DNA from: Deinococcota bacterium
Lineage (GTDB): Bacteria > Deinococcota > Deinococci > Deinococcales > Thermaceae
Assembly (NCBI GenBank): GCA_041695225.1
Contig: JBGFRI010000005.1
Coordinates: forward strand, 1-64,000
Direction of reading: 5' to 3'
Length of the DNA: 64,000 nt
Both the position numbers and the translations under genes were made by a program. Shown piece by piece: positions 55,034-64,000 of the stretch. The notes beneath the pieces were generated by a model that was given only the letters and a program-made list of their open reading frames with translations, searched no databases and was not told the origin of the DNA. Position 1 is the first letter of the stretch; each line of letters begins with the position of its first letter.

Positions 55034-55113
55034 CTAAGTTAAGCCGCGCCCGGCCACAGATGCACGGAAGAACACCCCCGATCCCGGGCGTCGGCTTGAG
55101 CGCAATGTTATGC
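55025..55113 (-). other. attC site closing the RelE/ParE cassette
   Basis: GCATAAC-ATTGC-GCTCAAGC-CGACGCCCGG..CCGGGCG-CG-GCTTAAC-TTAGGC-GGTGTTC. Confidence 0.85.
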
Positions 55114-55118
55114 CACAC

Positions 55119-55412
55119 CTATCGGCGATCAAGGCCAAACCTTGGATGACGACGGTGATGGCGGATGACCAATATGCGGATCGCTTCTTCGCTAATGAGG
55201 CGAAATAAGACAGAGTATGGGAAACGGTGCACGAAACAGCGGCGAATACCATGCTCGACCATGGCGTACTGGGAGGGATTTGCGCGAATGCGCGCAATGG
55301 CGGCATAGACCTCGGAGCGAAACTCGTCACCGAGGCCAGCGCGCTGTTGGTTGTAGTACACGACGGCATTATTGAGATCGGATACGGTGAGAGGGTGATA
55401 CTCAACCTTCAT
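55119..55412 (-). CDS. RelE/ParE family toxin
   Basis: DL.....YY......G..F; RFPY...F; I.V.H.RR.P. Confidence 0.9.
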   Translation of the reverse strand: MKVEYHPLTVSDLNNAVVYYNQQRAGLGDEFRSEVYAAIARIRANPSQYAMVEHGIRRCFVHRFPYSVLFRLISEEAIRILVIRHHRRHPRFGLDRR

Positions 55413-55648
55413 TCCGAGACGCCACCGGTGCGCCGTAAGAACTCGGCGTGACCAATGGGTTGGACTGCGCCAGACTCAATCTCGGCATCTCGTTGCGCCG
55501 CAACCTCGATGCCCTCTAGGTCGATGTTACGATTACCAGCCACACTGGGATCATCAACTAAACTCTCCCATGCCACCATCGCGAGCTGCTCCCGCTCAGC
55601 AGCGGGGAGGGCCAATATCTGTTTCTCAAGTTCAATAATCGTGCTCAT
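55409..55648 (-). CDS. Addiction-module antitoxin
   Basis: LALP..ER.QL...WESL; EV..R..EIESG; ATGA overlap with the toxin. Confidence 0.85.
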   Translation of the reverse strand: MSTIIELEKQILALPAAEREQLAMVAWESLVDDPSVAGNRNIDLEGIEVAAQRDAEIESGAVQPIGHAEFLRRTGGVSE

Positions 55649-55682
55649 AATATCAAGTATAACGCGTCAGGGCGGCGGGGCA

Positions 55683-55811
55683 TAACTAGCAGTTATACTG
55701 CACCTGCGGGATAAGACACCAGAAATGTTATCAGTTTCCATCGGAAAAGGAACCCACACCGCTTTTCCCTGTAATCAATAGCAATTTGGAAATACCTGGG
55801 GCCAACACCGC
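55683..55811 (-). repeat. attI-like sequence, copy 2
   Basis: Same GTATAAC-TGCTA-GTT end; heads the array. Confidence 0.75.
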
Positions 55812-55934
55812 TTGAGGCAAGTAGCAACCCTCACGCCTGGGATAGTAGGCTGTACAAAAGCTTCCTTGTAGGAGCAAAACTTTACCCCCGGCGCCGCTAC
55901 CGTGCGGGCCGCGACCAGGAAATCGTACGGCCAC

Positions 55935-56504
55935 TCAGGGCCCGGCCCTTTGTCGCAGTAGATCGGCAATAGCGGCATGTCCGGCCTCGAGCGCCACCTG
56001 CAAGGGCGTCTTACCCTGAAAGTTCTGCCAGTTCACGTCGGGGCCGGCTACTTCCAGCAGCCAGCGCACTACCTCGGTATGGCCGCGCCCGGCGGCCAGG
56101 CTAAGGGCCATGCTGCTGCCTTCCGTGGCCCCATACTCCCACACCAGTTCCACCATCTCCACCTGACCAGACAGGGCTGCATGGGGCAGCAGGGGAATGC
56201 CATGAGCACTCTTGTGTCCTGCCAGTGCGGGGTTTTCCCCAAGCATCCGGCGCACAATGGCGATCTCCCCCAGCATGGCAGCCGTGGGAATTTCCAGGGG
56301 TGCGCCCTGGGTCAACAGGTACTCAGCGATGGCCCGGCTGCCCACATGGGCCGCACCCTGAATGGCGGTTTCGGTGTCGCCAGGGCGCCACTCATGCGCC
56401 AGGTTCAGCAGCCCGGGTGTTTCGGCCAGCATAGTCCGTACTTTTTCCAGGTCACCATGCCCAGCAATCACAAACTCACGGATGCGCTCAGAGGAGAGGC
56501 TCAT
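55935..56504 (-). CDS. Ankyrin repeat protein
   Basis: G.TPLQVA...GH..IA.LL and related repeats. Confidence 0.88.
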   Translation of the reverse strand: MSLSSERIREFVIAGHGDLEKVRTMLAETPGLLNLAHEWRPGDTETAIQGAAHVGSRAIAEYLLTQGAPLEIPTAAMLGEIAIVRRMLGENPALAGHKSAHGIPLLPHAALSGQVEMVELVWEYGATEGSSMALSLAAGRGHTEVVRWLLEVAGPDVNWQNFQGKTPLQVALEAGHAAIADLLRQRAGP

Positions 56505-56672
56505 GTAAACAGCTTACGCCAGGTTTGACAGGAAAAGCCGGGAAATGGCGACAATGTAAGGCAAAAGAAATTGCTATCACCCTGATCGGTGGAATTAGGA
56601 CAACTGGGCAAGCAAGTTCTGTGCAGATCAGACCGAGGGCGTATCTTCCGCGGTGGTCGGTAGAATGGACGC

Positions 56673-57911
56673 ATGGATATACTCCCAGTCCTTGAAGAAT
56701 TGTCGCAAAAAACCCCTTCTAAAATTCTTCTAGTCGTGCTGGACGGCGTGGGAGGGCTACCCCAGGAGTATGGCGGCCAGACCGAGCTGGCTACCGCCCG
56801 TACCCCCAACCTAGACGCGCTGGCCCAAAAGAGTGCTCTGGGGCTGCTGACACTGGTCTACCCGGGCCTCGCCCCGGGCTCGGGCCCAGGTCACCTTTCA
56901 CTATTTGGCTACGACCCTTTCAAATACCTGGTGGGGCGTGGGGCCCTCTCGGCCATCGGCATCGGGGCCGATTTCTACGATGACGACGTGGGGGTTCGGG
57001 GCAATTTTGCTACTTTAGACGCCTCTGGACTGGTCCAGGACCGCCGCGCAGGCCGGCCCAGCGATGCGGAAAACATTCGCATAGTCAGCAAGCTCAAAAA
57101 AGCCATCGGCGAGATTGAAGGTGTGAGGGTAAGCTTCTATACCGAGTCGGAGCACCGCTTTGTGGTAATTCTGCGCGGGCCTGGTCTGGGCGACAAAGTT
57201 AGCGATACCGACCCCCAGAAGACCGGGGTCGCCCCGCTCAGATCGCATCCCTACGAGGCTGGTGACGCTGCTAGCGCCAAGACTGCCCGGGTGCTCAATG
57301 CCCTTACGGCCCGTATTCAAGAAGTGTTGAGGGATGAGCCCCAGATCAATGGAGTCAATGGAGCGCTGTTCCGGGGAACTTCGCAGAAGCCAAAATTTCC
57401 CAGCATGTCCCAGGTCTACAAGCTGAGCGCTGCTTGCGCAGCCAGCTACCCCATGTACAAGGGGATAGCAAGCCTGCTGGGTATGGATGTGCTGCCGGTG
57501 GAGGGTGCGGAGGACGCCCCCGCGGGCAAGGTGAGGGCACTGCAACAGAACTGGGATAAGTACGACTTCTTCTATCTCCACTTCAAGAAAACCGACTCCT
57601 CCGCCGAGGATGGCAATTTCGCCGAGAAGGCACGCCAGGTCGACATTTTCGACCAGCTATTGCCCGAGCTGCTGGCCCTAAAGCCCGAGGTGCTGGCCAT
57701 TACCAGCGATCACTCCACCCCCAGCATCATGAGAGCCCACTCCTGGCACCCAGTACCGCTGCTGCTGCACGCGCCTTTTCTACGCAATGACCCTGCCCAG
57801 CGCTTTACCGAGGACGAAGCCGCTTTAGGTATTCTGGGCCACCTGCGCGGAGTGGAACTAATGCCACTGCTGCTGGCCCACGCGGGCAAGCTGCAGAAGT
57901 ATGGGGCCTAG
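56673..57911 (+). CDS. apgM: 2,3-BPG-independent phosphoglycerate mutase (ApgM type)
   Basis: [39 protein letters not shown]. Confidence 0.92.
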   Translation: MDILPVLEELSQKTPSKILLVVLDGVGGLPQEYGGQTELATARTPNLDALAQKSALGLLTLVYPGLAPGSGPGHLSLFGYDPFKYLVGRGALSAIGIGADFYDDDVGVRGNFATLDASGLVQDRRAGRPSDAENIRIVSKLKKAIGEIEGVRVSFYTESEHRFVVILRGPGLGDKVSDTDPQKTGVAPLRSHPYEAGDAASAKTARVLNALTARIQEVLRDEPQINGVNGALFRGTSQKPKFPSMSQVYKLSAACAASYPMYKGIASLLGMDVLPVEGAEDAPAGKVRALQQNWDKYDFFYLHFKKTDSSAEDGNFAEKARQVDIFDQLLPELLALKPEVLAITSDHSTPSIMRAHSWHPVPLLLHAPFLRNDPAQRFTEDEAALGILGHLRGVELMPLLLAHAGKLQKYGA

Positions 57912-58087
57912 CCGTACCAAGTAGAAAAGGAGCCTCTTTGATTTTCTCCCCCATCGACAGGCCTTGGGAGTCTTCAATGGGCGTTTATAACTCCTGGGGT
58001 GTGACCAGAGGAAGCCATAGTAGAGGTGGCAAAGGCTGGCATCACAATTCCTCTACAAGGCCCAATAGCCTGCATATCGGAACAATT

Positions 58088-58741
58088 TTAGCCACCCCCT
58101 CGAGCGTGCCGGGTCACCCAGCGCTCCAGCGCCTCGGCATACTGCTCAGGGGACAGGCGAGGCCGGTCGTACAACCCTGCCGCCAAGCGCTGCCGCTGGG
58201 CCTCGAACAAGATCACGGCCGCTGCTACCGAGACATTCAGGCTCTGAACCATGCCCATCATGGGAATCAGGATGTGCCCGTCCGATAGCTCGGCTGCCTC
58301 TGGCGAAATGCCCCACTTCTCGGTTCCCAGCAAAATGCAGGTAGGCCGGGTATAGTCCACCTGACGGTAGTCCACCGCCCGCGCGGAAAGGTGCGCCGCC
58401 CAGACCCCAAACCCCTGGGCTTTCAAGTGGGCCAGGGCCGAGGTGGTCTCGTGGTGGATGCAGAGCCCCACCCACTTGGCCGCCGAGCCCGAAGTCTCGT
58501 TAAAAGTTTTGCCACTCAGGCTTGTTTTGCCCGGCCTTGGCTCGGTGCTTTCCAAATCGGGGAGATGGGGTATTCCGTGCCTGGACGGGATAGCGTGTAC
58601 CTGCAGCACACCCACTGCATCGCAGGAGCGCAGGATGGCCGAAAAATTGTGTGGCTTGTGTACCCTCTCCATCAGTACCGTCAGGTCGGGCTGGCGCTTG
58701 TCCAGCACCGAGCGAATCTTGGCGAGGCGTTCTGGGGTCAC
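58088..58741 (-). CDS. trmH: tRNA (guanosine-18 2'-O)-methyltransferase
   Basis: [38 protein letters not shown]. Confidence 0.93.
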   Translation of the reverse strand: MTPERLAKIRSVLDKRQPDLTVLMERVHKPHNFSAILRSCDAVGVLQVHAIPSRHGIPHLPDLESTEPRPGKTSLSGKTFNETSGSAAKWVGLCIHHETTSALAHLKAQGFGVWAAHLSARAVDYRQVDYTRPTCILLGTEKWGISPEAAELSDGHILIPMMGMVQSLNVSVAAAVILFEAQRQRLAAGLYDRPRLSPEQYAEALERWVTRHARGGG

Positions 58742-59093
58742 GAAAAACCATTTTACCCAGCCAGGTGAATATCTGCCGATGGTACCAAAGACGCCATCGC
58801 AAATGCCGCTGCGCCAGTACGAAACGGTTAGCCCAGACTTATACCAAGAGGTTTCCCAACCCCAGCCCCTAAGTGGTCGCTTTCATAAATGCGATGGCGA
58901 GTAGTCCTTGCCTTTCCGGCTCCAGGCCATCATAAATTACCTCACCAAACTTTCGACTCAGACCAATAAGCGGCTGTAAAAGCATCGGGTGGACCCGTAA
59001 ACGAACTGGTGGCAGGCGCACGCTACAAGCCCCTGGCAATCAGCAGACTACCCTGGCAGAACCCAGGGTAACTGCCTGACCTCCCACCTTCGA

Positions 59094-59735
59094 TCAGGTT
59101 GTGGCTGGCTGGTTTTGCGCATTAGCTCGTAAGCGCTCGATCAGGGGGCGCAGGAGAGCGCGTTTGAGCTTGAGCGACTGGCGGTTGACGATAAAGCGGG
59201 CGGTGGAGTGGGCCAGCACCTCGGTCTCAACCAGCCCAGCAGCCCGAAGAGTGGCTCCGGTCTGCACCACGTCCACCACTGCGTCGGCCAGCCCGGTAAT
59301 GACTGCTAGCTCGACATTGCCCGCCAGTTCAATGATATCGGCCGTCACCCCGCGTTCGCGCAGCACTTTAGCGGTAAAGCTGGGGTACTTGGTGGCGACG
59401 CGGCGGATGGGGCCGGTGGACTCGGGGTGGCGAATCAGCGAGAGACGGCACGCACCCGTGCCCAGGTCTACCGGCTCGTACACGTCGCGACCAGACTCCA
59501 AAAGCACATCGTTGCCCACCACGCCCACATCGGCAATGCCCAGGTCTACGTAGATGGGCACGTCGTGGTTGCGCAGCTCCAAAATGGCAGTTCCGCCCGC
59601 CTTGCCGTGCAGCAGGGCCCGTTCGTTTTCAATGGGAGGAAGTTCCAGCCCGGCCCTCGCAAGTGCCTGGTAGCCATCGGTAAAGTTGCGCCCTTTGGGC
59701 AGAGCCACCACCAGGGCGAAGCGTCCTCGAGTCAT
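59094..59735 (-). CDS. hisG: ATP phosphoribosyltransferase (short form)
   Basis: ALPKGR, VATKYP, DVVQTG.TL. Confidence 0.94.
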   Translation of the reverse strand: MTRGRFALVVALPKGRNFTDGYQALARAGLELPPIENERALLHGKAGGTAILELRNHDVPIYVDLGIADVGVVGNDVLLESGRDVYEPVDLGTGACRLSLIRHPESTGPIRRVATKYPSFTAKVLRERGVTADIIELAGNVELAVITGLADAVVDVVQTGATLRAAGLVETEVLAHSTARFIVNRQSLKLKRALLRPLIERLRANAQNQPATT

Positions 59736-59811
59736 CCGAGCTTTCTTATATCACAAACTACCCAGGTATGCTTGTAAAGCACCGGCCAGAAGGCGACTTC
59801 GCTGTATTGCC

Positions 59812-59840
59812 TTGACGCATAGTGAATAAGACGATATGCT
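59812..59840 (+). promoter_or_regulatory. Putative sigma70 promoter
   Basis: TTGACG-17nt-TATGCT. Confidence 0.6.
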
Positions 59841-59879
59841 ACTACTGTTGCCCCGGAGAGCGGGGGCTTTTTATTTAAC

Positions 59880-60614
59880 ATGGCCAAAGAACGCTTGGAC
59901 AAAGTGCTGGGGCATCTGGGTATCGGCACCCGCAAGGAGATATACCGGCTGGCTCGAGCGGGCCTGATTGCCATTGATGGCCAGGTAGTCACCGACTCGG
60001 CTTTCAAGTTTGACCCTGCCCAGTCACGCATCGAGGTAGCGGGTGAGGCCCTGGTGTATCGAGCATTTTATTACGTAATGCTCAACAAACCTGCCGGATA
60101 TATCACTTCTACCAGAGATCGCGATGGCATCCCAATCACGGCTCTGCTGCCCGAGAGATTGCAGCGCGACGACTGGATGCCGGTAGGCCGCCTGGACAAA
60201 GATACCGAGGGGCTTCTGCTTCTGACCACCGATGGCGAACTGCTCCACCGCCTGACCCATCCCCGCTGGAAGGTGGGCAAGCGCTACTACGCTGAACTGG
60301 CCTCACCAGTCACGCCCGAAGACGTAAAGGCCTTTGCCTCAGGGGCAATTGAGCTCGAGGGCCAGAAGCTAAAGCCTGCCGAACTGTATATTGGCCCCGA
60401 CCCCCAAAAGGTCGAGCTGATAATTCGCGAGGGCAGGTTTCATCAGGTCAAGCGAATGTTTGCCGCCAGGGGCAACCAGGTTCTATTTCTCCGGCGGGTG
60501 GCTTTCGGGCCGGTGCTGCTACCGCCAGACCTAAAGCCCGGCGCCTGCCGCGAGCTAGATGCCGGGGAAGTAGCTGCACTGTATAAGGCGGTGGGCTTGC
60601 CGTTAGAGCAATAA
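59880..60614 (+). CDS. RsuA family pseudouridine synthase
   Basis: S4 domain, NKPAG, GRLDKDTEGLLL, EGRFHQVKRM. Confidence 0.93.
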   Translation: MAKERLDKVLGHLGIGTRKEIYRLARAGLIAIDGQVVTDSAFKFDPAQSRIEVAGEALVYRAFYYVMLNKPAGYITSTRDRDGIPITALLPERLQRDDWMPVGRLDKDTEGLLLLTTDGELLHRLTHPRWKVGKRYYAELASPVTPEDVKAFASGAIELEGQKLKPAELYIGPDPQKVELIIREGRFHQVKRMFAARGNQVLFLRRVAFGPVLLPPDLKPGACRELDAGEVAALYKAVGLPLEQ

Positions 60615-60644
60615 AGAAACCAGCCTGGTGCAGCCACTAACATA

Positions 60645-60674
60645 AACACCCCGCAAGCAACCTTGCGGGGTGTT
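60645..60674. terminator. Hairpin terminator between convergent genes
   Basis: 13-bp perfect stem AACACCCCGCAAG/CTTGCGGGGTGTT. Confidence 0.8.
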
Positions 60675-60687
60675 AGTGCGTGGCCGG

Positions 60688-61991
60688 TTATCTCGAGACC
60701 ACACCGGCTGGGAGCATCTGCCCAAACAGGGTCGCATACATCAGCCGGTACATATCGGTGTTGTCAACCAGGGGGGGTAGAAGCCGTGCATTGAGGCCAT
60801 GGGCCCGGGCCAGAATACCACCCGAGCCATCGGAGAACGAAGCCCAGGCAATGGCAAAGGGTAAGCGGCGGCCCGCAGCGTCAGGCGCAGAGACAAAGGG
60901 TCTGCCGCCCGTACCTTCGACACCATCCAGCGGAGCGCCGTTACGACCAGTAGCTGGTACCGACGGTCTGGCTCTACTTCGAGCACGGTCATACCTCCGG
61001 CCTCGCTATCGGCGGCGGTAAGAAGCAGGGTATTGGGGTTGCGGCGGATGAAGTCTTTGGCCACCCCAATAGCATCGTCGGCGCGCTTGAGGGCCTCCAG
61101 ACAGCCATTGGCATTGTTGGCATTGCACAGGTTGTCGGTACCCTCTTCTTCGGCCACAATAAAGAACTGGCGGCGGGGCTGGGCGGCAAAAATCTCCAGG
61201 GTCTTTTGCAGCATCTCGGCAATGGTGGGTGCACCTTCAACGTAGTTCCGCAGTCCGCGTTCGCGTAAGACTTCCTCGCTCAAGGTAAAGTAGGTGTCTT
61301 CGGCGGCAAAGATACCCAGCACCCGGCGGGTAGTGTTGGGCAGGGCCAGCAGCTCGGCGCGGTTATAGACGATGGTAAAACCCAGGGCTTTAGCCCGCTC
61401 AATCAGGTTTAGACCATCCTCACGCCGCCCTTCCGCACCGTGACGGCCGCGCACTCCACGGGGCAGATACCAGACCTCGCCCGCGCCCAGGATGATCTCC
61501 ACACCAGACTCCACCACCTGACGGGCAATTTCAGCATGGTAACCACGTCTGGCAACACGGGCCACAAAAGCGCCGGTGCCTGGCTCAGTGATGCTGCCGG
61601 TGTTAATCAGCGCGGTAGCCAGACCAGCCCGGACCGCTGCCTGCATGATGGTCTCGGCCCGGCCGTTACGTGATAAAACCGGGGTAGTGCCGTCTTCCAG
61701 CATACCAAAGGAGTCCTGGTGAACCTTGACACCCGTAGCATGTACCACCGCCCCGCCGTGTGAGGTTCCAACCAGCGAGTCCTTCATATGGCCACGGTAT
61801 TTGGCCATGTGCGACATGCGGTCCCAGTTCAGCAGGCCATCCGGCCCAGCGTGAAGGATCCGCGCCGCGCCCCAGCTATTCAGGCCGGCGCCATCGGGGT
61901 GAAAAAAGATTACGTTGCCGCTTGGTGTGGCGGTCTGGGCCAGACCTGCGCCCAGTAGTGCTATGACTGCTGTTGCCAGAATTCGTCTCAT
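60688..61991 (-). pseudogene. Alkaline phosphatase with a 1-nt frameshift near 60961
   Basis: Signal peptide, NVIFFHPDG, EEEGTDN, AADS; the natural-looking C-terminus (..VDNTDMYRLMYATLFG..) is in another frame. Confidence 0.8.
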
Positions 61992-62048
61992 TTAAGCTAC
62001 CTCCCGTTCCCGCCCATTGGGCGGGTCAGGGGCAGCATAGGAGGGTTA

Positions 62049-62065
62049 TGTCATGCTATTGTCAC
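62049..62065. promoter_or_regulatory. Pho-box-like direct repeat
   Basis: TGTCAT-N5-TGTCAC (11-bp period) just upstream of the phosphatase gene. Confidence 0.45.
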
Positions 62066-62422
62066 AAACCTTGCAGATTCGGGTCTGGGTGAGCAGTAAT
62101 CCACCGCTCAGAAACAGCTCTGTCGTAACATTTCTAGAAACAGGCCCATCACACTTCAGAGACGTTACAAGCCACACCAGCGCGTGCCTGGCGGAGCTTT
62201 CGACTCACTCACTTTAGGCCCACCAGGTTATTGCGATTGTAGGCGGACTTCACCATGCCAGGCTTCATAAACGCTCGGCTGTGAGGCTATTTTTGTCATG
62301 TGCCCTTGACTGCAATCGGGAGGAATTATCTTGTGTTTATCAAGTTTTTGCCGCAAAATAGGGGCGTTACATAACTGTTCTGGGACAAAGGCGATTTAGA
62401 CTAGGTGAACCAGGAGGGCGCA

Positions 62423-62857
62423 ATGTACAAAAAAATTCTGATGCCCACCGATGGCAGTGCTTGTAGCCAGAAAGCCATATCCACAGGTCTGGACCTCGCA
62501 AGGACCACGGGCGCAGGTGTGACGTTCTTGTATGCCGTTGAGGGTATCAGCTCGACCCTGTGGGTCAGCCCTGAAAGTGTGCCCTATGGCCTCGAGCTGG
62601 TCGAAGACCTTAAGCGGGTGGGCAAAGAAGTCCTCGGCAAAGCCAGCGAGCTGGCTACGGCGGCAGGTGTCAGCTCCGAGACCCGGCTGGTAGAGGCCAG
62701 GCCGGTAGAGGCAATCCTGGCCGAAGCCAAAAACCACGACCTGATCGTGATGGGCACCCACGGGCGCAGCGGGCTCGATCGCTTCATGCTGGGCTCGGTG
62801 ACCGAGGCGGTCTTGCACCGCTCCGACAAGCCGGTGCTGGTATTACGGTGCAAGTGA
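62423..62857 (+). CDS. Universal stress protein
   Basis: MYKKILMPTDGS..MGTHGRSGL..LGSVTE; paralogue of 24838-25287. Confidence 0.93.
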   Translation: MYKKILMPTDGSACSQKAISTGLDLARTTGAGVTFLYAVEGISSTLWVSPESVPYGLELVEDLKRVGKEVLGKASELATAAGVSSETRLVEARPVEAILAEAKNHDLIVMGTHGRSGLDRFMLGSVTEAVLHRSDKPVLVLRCK

Positions 62858-62939
62858 AGCAACCCTCTCCCCGAAGGAGAGAGGATCTCATGGCTGGTAC
62901 AAAAACATACGCTCAGGGAATTTCTGGCACAATCGAGGG

Positions 62940-64000
62940 GTGAGGCTATCTCGCCGTGCGCTGCTGGGTACGCTGGCGGCCCTTCCCCTGGCAGGGCAAA
63001 ACGCAAGTACCGCTATCTTCCCCCAGGGGGTGGCCTCGGGCGACCCCAGCGAGTCCGGGATGGTGTTGTGGACACGCATCGCCCCAGAGCACTACCGCGC
63101 CCCGGAGCCTTTGTGGCTGGAGTTGTCCGAATCACCCGACTTTGCCCCGGTGCTACACCAGACCCCGGTGAGCGCCGCATTTGGCCCCGAGACCGATTTC
63201 ACCGTTCAGGTAGATTTTTCTGGCCTGCTGCAACCAGCACAGCACTACTACTACCGTTTCCGCTACCGCCAGGTCTATAGCCCCGCCGGGCGCAGCAAAA
63301 CCCTCCCGGCCCCCGGCATGAAGCAGCCCATCCGGCTGGGACTGGTCTCGTGCCAGGAGTATACCAGCGGCTACTACGGGGCCTACGCCCACCTGGCCCT
63401 GGAAAACCTGGATGCAGTGCTACACCTGGGCGACTTTATCTACGAGTATTCCGCCGACCCCCGCTTCAGGCGCGAGCGCTTTCCGGGCCGCACCTTCCGC
63501 CTGCCCTCGGGCAGTTATCTGGCGGTGAACCTGGCCGACTTTCGGCAGCTTTACCGGGCCTACCGCGACCCCCACATGCAGGCCGCAATGGCCGCGCACC
63601 CCTTCATCGTGATGTGGGACGACCACGAGTTTGCCAACGACACCTACTGGGACCCCAGCCGCAACGCGCCCGGGGCGCCCGACCACCCCTTCCGGCATGC
63701 ACCCGACCGCCTGAGGAGGCTGCGGCTGGAAGCCAATCAGGCCTGGCGTGAGTATGTGCCCAGCCACGCCTACTTCGACCCCAGCGCCCAAGACCCCCGC
63801 GAACAGCTTTTCACCTACCGCAGCCTGCGCTTTGGCGATATGCTGGAGCTCTCTCTAACCGATACCCGTAGTTTTCGCTCGCCCCACCCCTGTGGCCCTG
63901 AACAGCGCACCTTCACCAGTTGTCCGGCCTCGAGCGACCCTGGGCGCACCATGCTGGGGCCGATACAGCTCGAGTGGCTCTTGGTGGGTTTACAGACCAG
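62940..64000 (+). CDS. phoD: PhoD family alkaline phosphatase (Tat-exported), runs off the window end
   Basis: Hand translation: MRLSRRALL, FPQGVASGDP, LWTR, SCQ, HLGDFIYE, MWDDHEFAND. Confidence 0.9.
   Translation, partial: MRLSRRALLGTLAALPLAGQNASTAIFPQGVASGDPSESGMVLWTRIAPEHYRAPEPLWLELSESPDFAPVLHQTPVSAAFGPETDFTVQVDFSGLLQPAQHYYYRFRYRQVYSPAGRSKTLPAPGMKQPIRLGLVSCQEYTSGYYGAYAHLALENLDAVLHLGDFIYEYSADPRFRRERFPGRTFRLPSGSYLAVNLADFRQLYRAYRDPHMQAAMAAHPFIVMWDDHEFANDTYWDPSRNAPGAPDHPFRHAPDRLRRLRLEANQAWREYVPSHAYFDPSAQDPREQLFTYRSLRFGDMLELSLTDTRSFRSPHPCGPEQRTFTSCPASSDPGRTMLGPIQLEWLLVGLQT

Larger units (their letters stand above)
53507..55811 (-). mobile_element. Integron-like gene cassette array without an integrase in the window
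   Basis: Three attC-like sites, two attI-like repeats, co-oriented compact ORFs, visibly lower GC. Confidence 0.8.

Noticed and set aside
55812..56530. Integron integrase divergent from the attI-like site
   Set aside because: The plus-strand ORF 55977-56528 is the antisense shadow of the ankyrin gene and has no tyrosine recombinase motifs.

Overview
GC-rich chromosomal window whose gene content and protein style suggest a Deinococcota (Meiothermus/Thermaceae-like) genome; this assignment is inferred. It is mostly housekeeping: rpsA, tRNA-Gln/tRNA-Glu, trxB, nrdR, eno-pyk, pspA, dxs, hrpB, dnaK-grpE-dnaJ, pyrD, moaA, apgM, trmH, hisG and phoD. The most notable accessory feature is a minus-strand integron-like cassette array at about 53.5-55.8 kb. 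It has three cassettes (addiction-module antitoxin plus RelE/ParE toxin, a carbon-nitrogen hydrolase, and hicB-hicA), each closed by an attC-like site. It also has two diverged copies of a ~128-bp attI-like sequence, and no integrase is present in the window. Intergenic spaces are full of small repeats: a 24-bp element nested inside itself (filled and empty sites both visible), inverted heptamer arrays, and REP-like hairpins. Also of note are a small ORF plus three tandem GNATs next to a C45 peptidase, a DUF2087-like/PLP dehydratase fusion in a GntR-AzlCD-EamA operon, an HD-GYP protein with HD changed to RD, and a frameshifted alkaline phosphatase. All calls are by eye, with no database searches.
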